From the NCBI GenBank assembly GCA_963727445.1, contig CAVSGI010000021.1:192001-256000 (forward strand): 64,000 nucleotides of DNA, read 5' to 3'. Source of the DNA: an uncultured delta proteobacterium. GTDB taxonomy: Bacteria; Myxococcota_A; Polyangia; Polyangiales; B10-G4. Positions 27,955 through 38,738 of this stretch are shown in pieces. The translations under genes and the position numbers were made by a program. Below the pieces are notes generated by a model. It did no database searches. It saw only the letters and a list, made by a program, of their open reading frames with translations, and was not told where the DNA came from. The stretch's first letter is position 1. Each line of letters opens with the position of its first letter.

Positions 27955-28959
27955 GGGATCCGCTCAGCCCCGAGACGCGCGCGCTCCTCGACCTCGCCCG
28001 CGACGCGGACGATCCGGCGCCCGGCGAGCGCGAGCGCATGCGCGCCGCGGTGATGACGGCGATCGCCGGCGGTGCGGCCGCGGGTGCGACCGCGGTCTCC
28101 GGCACCGCGGCGGCGGCGACCCTGGCCGCTACGGCCGGCAGCACGACCACCACGGTGGCGGCACCGACCGCCACGGCGGCCGCGACCACCGCGGCGGCGG
28201 CCACGACCACGGCGGCGGCCACGACCACGGCGGCGGCCACGACCGCGGCCGCCACCGGCAGCGTCGCCGGCCTCTCCACCCTGAGCGCCGTCCTCACCAA
28301 GACCGCGATCGCCCTCGCCCTCGCCGGCGCGGTGACGACCGGCGCGGTGATGGGCGTGACGGAGATGGCGGGGACGGAGACAGAGGCGACGACGGAGACG
28401 GACGCGGCAACGGACACGGAGACGGCAACGGCAACTGGAACTGCAACTGCAACGGCAACGGGCACGGAGACGGCAACTGCAACGGACACGGCGACGGACA
28501 CGGCATCGGCATCGGCGACCGGGACGAGAGATGGCGACGCCGCCGCCGGCCGCAATCGCGCCTGCCGCGCCGCACCGCACCCCACGCCCCTCGCGTGCTT
28601 CCCTCCCCGCGACCGAGACAGAATCCGTCGACCTCGCGGTCTCCGTCGCCGAGGCCGACTCCGCCGCCGACACCGACTCGGTCTCCGCCATCCCCTCACT
28701 CACCCCCGAGCTCTCCCTGCTGCGCCGCGCGCAGGCCGCGCGCCGCTCCGGCGACCCATCGCGCGCGCTCACGCTGCTCGACGCGCACGCGCGCGACTTC
28801 CCCAGCGCCGTGATGGCGCCGGAGCGTGACGCGGCGCGCGTGCTCACGCTCTGCGATCTGGGACGCGTCGAGGAGGCGCGCGCGGCGCGCGCGCGCTTCC
28901 TCGACACCTACCCGAACAGCCCGCTTTCGGCCCGCGTTCGGGCGGCGTGCGCGCCCTGA
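27951..28959 (+). CDS. Putative anti-sigma factor (TM, Thr/Ala linker, C-terminal TPR-like domain), +1 frameshift near 28527
   Basis: ATGA overlap with sigma; N-terminus LLDLARDADDP; TM; removing A28527 joins to ELSLLRRAQAA...FLDTYPNSPLSARVRAAC. Confidence 0.8.
28140..28520 (+). repeat. Low-complexity tandem repeats (AATTTA, TETAT)
   Basis: GCGGCCACGACCACGGCG 18-mers and ACGGA(C/G)ACG units. Confidence 0.8.
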
Positions 28960-28968
28960 AAAAAAATC

Positions 28969-29001
28969 TGACGGATCGACGAGGGCCCGGCCACACAGAA
29001 G
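28969..29001 (+). promoter_or_regulatory. Repeated motif copy 2 (putative ECF promoter)
   Basis: TGACGGATCG-N10-GGCCAC-ACAGAAG upstream of the 29016 gene. Confidence 0.6.
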
Positions 29002-29015
29002 CAGAGGACGACGAC

Positions 29016-29888
29016 ATGCTTCAAATCTCCAAGACCCTGACCTTTTCGATCCTGGCATCCGCGATGCTCTTCGGCTGCAACACCATGAGCCACATCGGAG
29101 ACGACGACTCCGGCACCGGCGAAGCTTGCGGCGACGTGACCTGCGGCGCCGGCCAGGTGTGCTGCAACGAGAGCTGCGGCATCTGCACCGCCCCCGGCGA
29201 AGGCTGCGCCGCGCTCTACTGTGAGCCGGCGGGCGACGGTGGCACCGAGCCGCCCGACGCCGATCCGCCTCCGCCTCCCAGCGATGGCGGCCCGGTGCCC
29301 CCGCCCACCGACGGCGGCACCGAGTGGTGCGGTCCCGTGACCTGCGGTCCCGGCACCGTCTGCTGCAACTCGAGCTGCGGCATCTGCACCGCGCCGGGCG
29401 AGAGCTGTCCCGCCATCGGCTGCGCCGACGCGGGCCCTCCCAGCGGTCCCTGTGCCCCGATGGACGCGCGCGGCGATGGTGCCTGCGCTCTCTTCATCGG
29501 TTTCGTCTGGGACGGATCGGACTGCGTCGGCATCGGCGGGTGTGATTGCGTCGGCACCGATTGCGACAACGTGACCGCCACCCCCGAAGAGTGCCGCGCC
29601 GCCCACGCCGAGTGCACGCCCTCCACCGGCATCCTCTGCGGCGGCATCGCCGGCGTCGCATGCCCGGACGGCATGTTCTGCGACTACCCCGATGGTTCCT
29701 TCTGCGGCGGTGACGACACCACCGGTGAGTGCCGCACCATCCCCGGCCCCGATTGCCCGGAGATCTACTCGCCGGTTTGCGGCTGTGACGGTACGACCTA
29801 CTCGAACGCATGCTTCGCCAACGCAGCGGGCATCGATTACGAGTTCACCGGCACCTGCGCCGACACCCTGCCCGGCGGCACTCCCTGA
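29016..29888 (+). CDS. Cys-rich lipoprotein with C-terminal Kazal-type domain
   Basis: SD GAGGA, lipobox LFGC, two CGxVTCGxGxVCCNxSCGICTAPGE repeats, Kazal CPEIYSPVCGCDGTTYSNACFA. Confidence 0.88.
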   Translation: MLQISKTLTFSILASAMLFGCNTMSHIGDDDSGTGEACGDVTCGAGQVCCNESCGICTAPGEGCAALYCEPAGDGGTEPPDADPPPPPSDGGPVPPPTDGGTEWCGPVTCGPGTVCCNSSCGICTAPGESCPAIGCADAGPPSGPCAPMDARGDGACALFIGFVWDGSDCVGIGGCDCVGTDCDNVTATPEECRAAHAECTPSTGILCGGIAGVACPDGMFCDYPDGSFCGGDDTTGECRTIPGPDCPEIYSPVCGCDGTTYSNACFANAAGIDYEFTGTCADTLPGGTP

Positions 29889-30016
29889 TTCCAAGGCTCG
29901 ACCTCTCAGACACGTTCCTTCACATCCAATCCGAGAGCAGAGAAATCCGGTCCTCCTCCATCCATCCGGACCGGTACGGGCGGGGCCGCCAATTCTGGCG
30001 GCCCCGCCCGTTTGTG
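29889..30016 (+). ncRNA. Candidate 3' UTR-derived small RNA with UCC-rich loops
   Basis: Two stems with C/U-rich loops followed by a strong terminator; no Rfam match claimed. Confidence 0.3.
29976..30016 (+). terminator. Intrinsic terminator
   Basis: Perfect 16-bp stem ACGGGCGGGGCCGCCA-ATTC-TGGCGGCCCCGCCCGT followed by TTGTG. Confidence 0.8.
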
Positions 30017-30040
30017 CGTCGTCGGTGTATGGTCTCTGGC

Positions 30041-30661
30041 GTGTCTTCCTGGGATCGCTACGTCGTGCCGCGCCTCATCGAGTGGGCGTGCAACGGCCGG
30101 CCGGTGACACGGCAGCGGCAGAAGGTGGTGCCTGCCGCGCGCGGGCGGGTGCTGGAGATCGGCGTCGGCTCCGGCCTCAACTTCCCGTTCTACGATCCGT
30201 CGAAGGTGGAGTCCGTCGTCGGCAACGACATCTCCGAGGAGCTCCTCGCGAAGGCCGAGCGCGCCGCCGACAGCGTGCCCTTCGAGGTCACGCTCTCCTC
30301 TACCTCCGCCGAGCACCTCGCCTTCGACGACGACTCCTTCGACACCGTGCTCGTCACCTACACGCTGTGTTCGATACCGGACGTCGCCTCGGCGCTCTGC
30401 GAATCGCGCCGCGTCCTCCGGCCCGACGGAAGGCTCCTCTTCGTGGAGCACGGCCAGGCCCCGGATGCCTCGGTTGCGCGGTGGCAGCGACGCCTGGAGC
30501 CGGCGTGGAAGCGGATCGGCGGGGGCTGTCATCTGACGCGCGACGTCCCCGTCCTCCTTCGGGACGCGGGCTTCGACGTCGACTGGCTCGAGACCCTCTA
30601 CCTGCCGGGCCCACGCGTCCTCAACTTCAACTACTGGGGTTCGGCGAAGCCCGCGGGCTGA
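30041..30661 (+). CDS. Class I SAM-dependent methyltransferase
   Basis: GRVLEIGVGSGLN, FDTVLVTYTLCS, RVLRPDGRLLFVEHG, GGCHLTRD. Confidence 0.92.
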   Translation: MSSWDRYVVPRLIEWACNGRPVTRQRQKVVPAARGRVLEIGVGSGLNFPFYDPSKVESVVGNDISEELLAKAERAADSVPFEVTLSSTSAEHLAFDDDSFDTVLVTYTLCSIPDVASALCESRRVLRPDGRLLFVEHGQAPDASVARWQRRLEPAWKRIGGGCHLTRDVPVLLRDAGFDVDWLETLYLPGPRVLNFNYWGSAKPAG

Positions 30662-30678
30662 TAGGGTGGGGGTGCGCG

Positions 30679-31524
30679 ATGCGTCCCGAGCGCCCCAGCC
30701 TCACCGCCGCCATCGTCTCCTTCGGACGCGGCGTCGGCCTGTCCGAAGCGCGACGCGATCCACACGCGCGCGATCTGCTGAGCGGACCTTTTCGACTGGC
30801 GCTTTCGGCGGTGCAGGGCAGCCGGAGCCTGCGGAACGTCGCACGCATCGCCACCGGCGGGCTCGTGGATCACGCCACGCTTCGCATGGCGGCCGTCGAC
30901 GACGCCGTCCGTGACGCGGCGGGCGACGCCATCGACCAGCTGGTGATCCTCGGCGCGGGGCTCGACGCGCGGCCGTGGCGAATGAAGGAGCTCGCGGGCG
31001 TGCACGTCCTCGAGATCGACCATCCCGCGACTCAGGCCTACAAGCGCGAGCGCATCGGCGCGGTGCGGCCGTGCTGCCAGAGCCATACCTTCGTCGCCGT
31101 GGACTTCGAAAAGGACGCGCTCGGCGAGCGCCTCGACGCGCAAGCGCTCGACGTCGAACGTCCCATCCATTGGCTGTGGGAGGCGGTGTCGATGTACCTC
31201 TTGCCCGACGCCATCGACGCCACCCTCGCCGAGATCGGCGCGCGCTCTGCGCCGGGCAGCCGGCTGACGATGACCTACATCCGGCCCGACTTCCTGCCCT
31301 TTCACCGCCCCAAGCGTCTAGCTCACGCCGCGTTCTCCATCCTCGGAGAGCCCCTCGTCGGCACCATGAGCAGCGACGACTTGAGCGGGCGCCTCTCCCG
31401 CGTGGGCTTGTCGCTCCGCGAGGACTCCGACTCGACGGATTGGGCGCGCCGGTACGGCGGCAGCGCGCTCGTCGCGTCGCCCTTTCGCGCGGAACGGCTG
31501 GCGGTCGCCGAGAGACGCCACTAG
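30679..31524 (+). CDS. SAM-dependent methyltransferase, LCM/TIGR00027 type
   Basis: QLVILGAGLDARPWR, EIDHP, VAVDF, WLWEAVSMYL. Confidence 0.9.
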   Translation: MRPERPSLTAAIVSFGRGVGLSEARRDPHARDLLSGPFRLALSAVQGSRSLRNVARIATGGLVDHATLRMAAVDDAVRDAAGDAIDQLVILGAGLDARPWRMKELAGVHVLEIDHPATQAYKRERIGAVRPCCQSHTFVAVDFEKDALGERLDAQALDVERPIHWLWEAVSMYLLPDAIDATLAEIGARSAPGSRLTMTYIRPDFLPFHRPKRLAHAAFSILGEPLVGTMSSDDLSGRLSRVGLSLREDSDSTDWARRYGGSALVASPFRAERLAVAERRH

Positions 31525-31533
31525 ATCTGCCGC

Positions 31534-32331
31534 GTGTGCACCATCGTCGTCTTCTCTCGGATCCGTCCCGAAGCCGGTCTCGTCGTGTTGGCCAATCGGG
31601 ACGAGTTCTACGCGCGTCCGACCGAGCCGCCGCGCGTCCTCGATCCCGAGACGGGGGCGGTGGGCGGCGTCGACGCGGTGGGCGGTGGTACTTGGTTGGG
31701 GGCGACGCCATCGGGCTTCTTCGTCGGGCTCACCAACCAGCGCTCGTGGCGCCTTCGTCACGAAGCGCGAAAGTCACGGGGGCTCGTCGCGCTGGCTGCT
31801 CTGAGCGCCGGTAGCAGCCAGGCCGTCGACGCGCTGCTTCGCGACCTCGACCCGGCCGACTACAACCCCTTCAACCTGATCTACGGCGACGCGACCGGCA
31901 TCACCGTCGCCTATGCGCGCGCGTCCGGCATCGAGCGGCTGGAGCTCGACCCGGGACTTCACGTCCTCGTCAACGATCGCATCGGCTCTGCCGACTTCCC
32001 GAAGGCCGATCGCGCGCGCGCGCTCGCCGAAGCGCTCGACGAGCCGATCACCACCCCCGAAGGCGTCGACCACGCGCGGCGCATCCTCGCCGACCACCAA
32101 ACGCCTGCGCGCGATCTTCTCCCCGTTCCCCCCGAAGGTTCACCGCTCACCCTCGACTTGCTCGAGGCCCTCCAAGCGCTCTGCATCCACACGCCCACCT
32201 ACGGGACCCGATCGGCGGCGGTGATCGTCGCGAAGGAAGGGCGGCTCGTCGACTATCGCTACGCCGACGGCCCTCCGTGTCAGGCTACGCTCGACAGCGT
32301 CGTTCACCTCTTCGAAGGACGCTTACTGTAA
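31534..32331 (+). CDS. NRDE/TANGO2 family protein
   Basis: MCTI start, ANRDEFYARPT, GGTWLG, LTN, SRG, YGTRS. Confidence 0.93.
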   Translation: MCTIVVFSRIRPEAGLVVLANRDEFYARPTEPPRVLDPETGAVGGVDAVGGGTWLGATPSGFFVGLTNQRSWRLRHEARKSRGLVALAALSAGSSQAVDALLRDLDPADYNPFNLIYGDATGITVAYARASGIERLELDPGLHVLVNDRIGSADFPKADRARALAEALDEPITTPEGVDHARRILADHQTPARDLLPVPPEGSPLTLDLLEALQALCIHTPTYGTRSAAVIVAKEGRLVDYRYADGPPCQATLDSVVHLFEGRLL

Positions 32332-32344
32332 GCTCGTCCGTTCG

Positions 32345-33856
<1,512 letters not shown>

Positions 33857-33857
33857 C

Positions 33858-34169
33858 GTGGCCAAACGCCCGCTCACGCTCACCGGCGCTCAACGCCGCC
33901 AGCTCAAGGCCCTCGCCCACGACCTCTCCCCCCTGGTTCAGGTCGGCGCCAAGGGCATCACCCAGCAGCTCCTCGACGCGATCGATCAGGCGCTGACCGA
34001 CCACGAGCTCATCAAGGTTCGCGTGCAGGAGAGCTGCCCCGTTCCGCGCAAGGAGGCCGCGGCGCTGCTCGCCGATCCGGTCGACGCCCACGAGGTCGGG
34101 CTGATCGGAAGGGTGGTCATCCTCTACCGACGCCACCCCACAGAGCCCACCATCCCTCTGCGCACCTGA
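33858..34169 (+). CDS. yhbY: CRM-domain ribosome assembly RNA-binding protein
   Basis: LTGAQRRQLKALAHDL, VGAKGI, HELIKV, IGRVVILYR. Confidence 0.93.
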   Translation: MAKRPLTLTGAQRRQLKALAHDLSPLVQVGAKGITQQLLDAIDQALTDHELIKVRVQESCPVPRKEAAALLADPVDAHEVGLIGRVVILYRRHPTEPTIPLRT

Positions 34170-35257
34170 TGCACCTCGAGGCGCTCCCCACCCCCGCCGC
34201 CGTGATCGACCTCGACGTCCTCGAGGCCAACGTCGCGCGGCAGCGCCAGCGTGCCGAAACGCTGGGCGTGGCTCTGAGGCCGCACGTCAAGACCCACAAG
34301 TGCATCGAGATCGCGCGCATGCAGCGCGACGCGGGGGCCCGAGGCATCACCGTGAGCACGCTGGCCGAAGCGCGGGTCTTCGCCGACGCCGGCTTCGACG
34401 ACATCATTTGGGCCTTTCCCCTGGTGCCGAGCCGCCTCTCCGAGGTGCGCGAGCTCGCCGCGCGCGTGCGCCTCGGCCTGCTCGTCGATTCGATCGAAGC
34501 GGTGGACGTCCTCGCTGCGACGAGAGAGGCGCTGCACGTCTGGCTCGAGGTGGACTCCGGAGACCATCGCTCGGGCGTCGATCCCGAGGGCGGCCTCGGA
34601 ATCGAGATCGCGCGCCGACTTCACGATTCGAAGCGGCTCCGCTTCGAAGGGCTCCTGACGCACGCCGGTCATTCCTACGCATGCCGCTTCGGTCGCGGGC
34701 TCGCCGAAATCGCGGAGCAGGAGCGCGCCGTCACCGTGGGACTCGCCGATCGATTGCGGGACGGAGGCGTGAGCGTCGAGCACGTGAGCGTGGGCTCGAC
34801 GCCCACCATCTCCGCGGCGCGCGATCTGAGCGGCGTTTCCGAGATCCGCCCCGGGAACTACGTCTTCCACGACTACACGCAGACGGTGATCGGATCGGCT
34901 GGCGTCTCCGATTGCGCCATGACCGTCGTCTCCACCGTGGTCAGCCATCGACCGGGTGACGCGCGCTCGGTCTGCGACGCGGGCGGCCTCGCCCTGTCGA
35001 AGGAGAGCGGCCCGAGCGGCGTCCCCGAGACCATGGGCCGGGTCTATGCGGACTACGACGACAAGCGGCTCGACGAGGAGGTGATGCTCACCTCCCTGAG
35101 CCAGGAACACGGAGTCCTGAGGGGGGCGCTGCCGGTGGGCAAGCGCCTGCGGATCCTGCCCAACCACTCCTGCATGGCCGCCGCCTGCTTCGACCGCTAC
35201 CACGTCGTCCGCGGCGAAGAGGTCGTGGCCGAGTGGCCCATCCACCGCGCCCGTTGA
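34169..35257 (+). CDS. PLP fold-type III enzyme, D-serine dehydratase/D-threonine aldolase family
   Basis: TPAAVID, RPHVKTHK, HAGHSY, GSTPT, EIRPGNYVFHD, SQEHG, PNHSC. Confidence 0.92.
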   Translation: MHLEALPTPAAVIDLDVLEANVARQRQRAETLGVALRPHVKTHKCIEIARMQRDAGARGITVSTLAEARVFADAGFDDIIWAFPLVPSRLSEVRELAARVRLGLLVDSIEAVDVLAATREALHVWLEVDSGDHRSGVDPEGGLGIEIARRLHDSKRLRFEGLLTHAGHSYACRFGRGLAEIAEQERAVTVGLADRLRDGGVSVEHVSVGSTPTISAARDLSGVSEIRPGNYVFHDYTQTVIGSAGVSDCAMTVVSTVVSHRPGDARSVCDAGGLALSKESGPSGVPETMGRVYADYDDKRLDEEVMLTSLSQEHGVLRGALPVGKRLRILPNHSCMAAACFDRYHVVRGEEVVAEWPIHRAR

Positions 35258-35337
35258 GCCCTGGCCGAGACCTTTCGTACTCACGCCTCGCGTTCACGAT
35301 CCATGGGTCTCGACCCGAGATCACACGCGAAATCACC

Positions 35338-35353
35338 CGGCACGCTCCCTGCT
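35338..35353 (+). promoter_or_regulatory. Sigma-54 promoter candidate
   Basis: CGGCACGCTCCCTGCT, GG-N10-GC spacing, followed by SD GGAGGA and ATG 35383. Confidence 0.6.
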
Positions 35354-35382
35354 CTCGTTCGCGGCCGGAGGACATCAAAGGC

Positions 35383-36168
35383 ATGAACAAGCGCACGCTC
35401 ATCTCTCTCGTCGCAGCTCTCACCCTCGTCGCCGCCGCCGGCTGTCGGGTCCAGAACGCCTACCAGCGCTGGGCCTCGCAAGCGAACGACTCGGTGGACG
35501 TGGTGCAGGGCGAGTCGGCGCTCCTCATGGCCACCACCGAGAACGTCGACCCCTCGATGACCGGGGAGGAGGCCGCCCTCGCGGCCGCCGACGGCGCGAG
35601 CCGCTTCTGGCAGCCGAGCGGCTGCCTCACCACCAGCGTCGACGGCCGCACCGCCACCTACACCCTCGACGATTGCAGCGGGCCCTACGGCCTCCTTCAC
35701 GTCACCGGTGTGGTCGTCGTGACCTACACGATTCAGGGCGAAGGCATCGGCTACGAGTCGCGCTCCGAAGGTCTCGACATCAACGGCGCGACCGTCGACA
35801 TCAACGGGCAGGGCGTTTACAACCGCGTCGGCACCCACCACGAGATCGTCGGCTCCATCAACGGCAGCGGCGTCGGTCCGCGCGGCAACGAGTTCACCCG
35901 CCAGGGCAACCGCACCATCTCCTGGGACTCGGAGACCCGCTGCTTCGCCCTCGACGGCGTGTGGATGACCGACGTCGAAGGCTCCCGCTGGACCACCACG
36001 GTGGAGGACTACGAGAAGTGCGCCGACGCCTGCCCGGACGCGGGCGCGGACATTCGCTGGGAGAGCGCACGGGGCACCCTGAGCGTGAGCTTCGATGGGA
36101 GCGACGTGGCGGCTTGGGAGAGCAGCGCCGGCCGCAGCGGAACCGTCGACCTCTATTGCGGCGGCTGA
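35383..36168 (+). CDS. Beta-rich lipoprotein of unknown function
   Basis: Lipobox AAGC; GCLT...LDDCSGPYGL myxobacterial-type pattern. Confidence 0.82.
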   Translation: MNKRTLISLVAALTLVAAAGCRVQNAYQRWASQANDSVDVVQGESALLMATTENVDPSMTGEEAALAAADGASRFWQPSGCLTTSVDGRTATYTLDDCSGPYGLLHVTGVVVVTYTIQGEGIGYESRSEGLDINGATVDINGQGVYNRVGTHHEIVGSINGSGVGPRGNEFTRQGNRTISWDSETRCFALDGVWMTDVEGSRWTTTVEDYEKCADACPDAGADIRWESARGTLSVSFDGSDVAAWESSAGRSGTVDLYCGG

Positions 36169-36647
36169 TCCGCCGACCCCTTCCTGACGGCCCAATAGGC
36201 CGTGTCCACGGCCTCCTCCGGCGACTCTGCCCGGGGGAGGCCTTCGGGTCCGTGACGGCCGCAGAGGATCACGGGGCGGTCGAGCTTCTTCGCGAGGGCA
36301 ATCTCGCTGAGCGTCCCCCAGCTCCCCTCGAAGGCCACGATGGCGTCGGCGCTGCACGCGTTCACCCAGTTCCGCCCGTCGCCCATGCCGGTGAAGAGCG
36401 CGACGTGCACGTAGGGGTTGGGCGCCGACTCCTCGGCGTTCTTTCCGGGCAGGACACCGATCACCAGCCCGCCGCTCGTCGCCGCGCCCTTGGCCGCGGA
36501 CTCCATGACCCCGCCGCGACCCCCGCAGAGAAGAACGGCCCGATGCTCCGCCACCCGCCGCCCGGCCTTCTCGGCCGCGCGGCACACGTTCTTCGGGGCA
36601 TCGGCGGCGCCCATGATCCCGATCACGATTCGATGGGTTCGGCTCAT
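36153..36647 (-). CDS. LOG/SLOG family protein (TIGR00725 type)
   Basis: CGGRGGVMESAAKGA, IGVLPG, TGMGDGRN, GTLSEIALA. Confidence 0.9.
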   Translation of the reverse strand: MSRTHRIVIGIMGAADAPKNVCRAAEKAGRRVAEHRAVLLCGGRGGVMESAAKGAATSGGLVIGVLPGKNAEESAPNPYVHVALFTGMGDGRNWVNACSADAIVAFEGSWGTLSEIALAKKLDRPVILCGRHGPEGLPRAESPEEAVDTAYWAVRKGSADQPPQ

Positions 36648-36648
36648 C

Positions 36649-37416
36649 TCAGTCCTCTTCTTGGGCTCTTCCGGTCATCGGAACGAAAAGCACCGGCACC
36701 GAGCTCCTGCGTTCATACCCCGTGTCGGTCCGAGTGACCACCACCAGCTCCTGCTCCCGGGTTCCGACGGGGGCGACGAGGCGACCACCCACCGCGAGCT
36801 CGTCGAGGAGAGGCTGGGGGATCTCTGGCGGCGCGGCCGTCAGGAGGATGGCGTCGTAGGGCGCATGCTCGGGCCACCCCGCGTAGCCGTCACCGATGCG
36901 CGTGTGGACGTGGTAGCCGTTGGCCTGCAGGTTTTCGGCAGCCTGGCGCCCGAGGGCCGGCACGATCTCGATGCTGTAGACGTCCGCGCCCATCTCGGCG
37001 AGCACCGCTGCCTGGTAGCCCGAGCCCGTGCCAATCTCGAGCACGCGATCGCCGCGATGCACGCCCGCGAGCTCGGTCATGAACGCCACGATGAACGGCT
37101 GACTGATCGTCTGGTCCCAGCCGATCGGGAGCGGTCGATCGTCGTAGGCATAGGGGCGTACCTCCTCGGGCACGAAGCGTTGGCGGGGGACGCTGCGCAT
37201 CGCGGCGAGCACCTCCAGGTTGCGGATCCCGCGGGCGGAGATCTGCCGGGTCACCATGTCCCGCCGGCGCGCCACCCACGCCGGGTCTTCCTCGGCGGTC
37301 TCGGATCCGCCGGACTCGGCCATGACCCCGGGGGCAGCCGAGTTCCGGGGTTGATCCTCGTCGCAGGCGGCGGCGATGGAGAGCAGGGCGGCCAGGACGA
37401 CGAGGGGGCGCTTCAC
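36649..37416 (-). CDS. pcm: Protein-L-isoaspartate O-methyltransferase with lipoprotein signal
   Basis: [42 protein letters not shown]-terminal lipobox AAAC. Confidence 0.95.
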   Translation of the reverse strand: MKRPLVVLAALLSIAAACDEDQPRNSAAPGVMAESGGSETAEEDPAWVARRRDMVTRQISARGIRNLEVLAAMRSVPRQRFVPEEVRPYAYDDRPLPIGWDQTISQPFIVAFMTELAGVHRGDRVLEIGTGSGYQAAVLAEMGADVYSIEIVPALGRQAAENLQANGYHVHTRIGDGYAGWPEHAPYDAILLTAAPPEIPQPLLDELAVGGRLVAPVGTREQELVVVTRTDTGYERRSSVPVLFVPMTGRAQEED

Positions 37417-37426
37417 CCCCCCTCAG

Positions 37427-38722
37427 CTAGTCGCAGTCCCTCAGGCGCGCCACCGAAAGCCCACTTCGACCGCTGAGGATCCAGCCAACATCCCCGTTTG
37501 CATACGTAAAGAAGTCGCTCGCGTCGCTCAGAGCGGCCGCCGGGACCGATTCGGGCGGCGCCACGGCCATCCCGTCGGCCGTGACCTGCTGCAGGAAGCT
37601 CGCGCCACCGGCGACCCAGCCGACGACCAGACCGCCGGCGAAGGGCGCGATGTTGGGCGCGCTCTCGTCGCCCATCGTCTCGGTCAGAAAGACCGGCGTC
37701 CCCGCGCTGCCGCTGCCGTCGATGCGAACGACGGCGACGTCCTCCGAGCTCCGCCCGTCGCCGGCGGTGAAGGCCGCGACGAAGCCGGTCGACAGCGGCG
37801 CGGCCCCGCCGAGGTGCGCGGTGTAGCCACCGGCGCAGTTCGCGCGCATGTCGGAATAGAGCATCGTGTTGTGGTTGAAGTAGACGCCCTTGCCCGGATA
37901 GCAGTCGGCGGCGCAGAGCGGGCCGAGGTTGGTGCCATCGTAAGAGATGCGCACCTCCATCGAGTGACTGCATCCCCAGCCCCAGACCGTGCGATCGGGC
38001 GAGCCGTCCGGATTGATCAGGCGCAGCTGGTCGCCGTAGTGAGCGACTCCGTCGTTCCAGAGCCGCTGGAGCGTGTAGTAGGCGGCCCACCTGTCGCCGG
38101 TCCACGCGAGGCGACCGTCGCGGATGCCGGTCCCGAACCACTCGTTGTCGGTGACGCCGTGATCCACCTCGCCGATCAGCAGGCGCTCGAAGGCGGTCGC
38201 GCCCGAAGCGTCCACGCCGACGAGATAGAGCGCGTCGGAGCCGCGGTTGACGAGGAGCCCCCGCGTTCCGTCGTCGGCGACCGCGAGGCCGTAGGGCCGC
38301 TCACCGCTGATGGTGACCTCTCCGCTGGGCGCGCTCGCGGCGTCCAGGGTGACCAGGTGCACCCCGTCGCCCCCGTTCCAGGCGGCGACAGCCCCAGCGC
38401 CGGGGAGCGGCGCGCCGAAGACCCGGCCGGCAGACGAGGTCCCGCCGATGGTCACGATCGTGAGCGCGTCCGCGAGGGTCGTCGCCGAGCATCCCCCTGC
38501 GTCCAAGCGAAAGGTGCCCGTGTCGGTCGTCGTGGAAGCGTCGCTCGGGGGCGGCGTGCTGGTGTCGGTCGCCGTGGCCGAGTCGGAGGGCGGCGCGCTG
38601 TCCGCCCGCGTGCTTCCGTCGGGGATGGTGGCGTCGGGAGCTGCGCCGCCCGGCCCCGAGACCTGACCGACGCACGCGGCGAGGAGCGCGAAGGTCGGCA
38701 GCGCGGAGGGGAGGGCACGCAC
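37427..38722 (-). CDS. Lipoprotein of unknown function (beta-rich)
   Basis: Lipobox LAAC, D/T/S linker, HYGDQLR...WGWGCSHS. Confidence 0.8.
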   Translation of the reverse strand: MRALPSALPTFALLAACVGQVSGPGGAAPDATIPDGSTRADSAPPSDSATATDTSTPPPSDASTTTDTGTFRLDAGGCSATTLADALTIVTIGGTSSAGRVFGAPLPGAGAVAAWNGGDGVHLVTLDAASAPSGEVTISGERPYGLAVADDGTRGLLVNRGSDALYLVGVDASGATAFERLLIGEVDHGVTDNEWFGTGIRDGRLAWTGDRWAAYYTLQRLWNDGVAHYGDQLRLINPDGSPDRTVWGWGCSHSMEVRISYDGTNLGPLCAADCYPGKGVYFNHNTMLYSDMRANCAGGYTAHLGGAAPLSTGFVAAFTAGDGRSSEDVAVVRIDGSGSAGTPVFLTETMGDESAPNIAPFAGGLVVGWVAGGASFLQQVTADGMAVAPPESVPAAALSDASDFFTYANGDVGWILSGRSGLSVARLRDCD

Positions 38723-38738
38723 GCCCTCAGTCTAGCGG

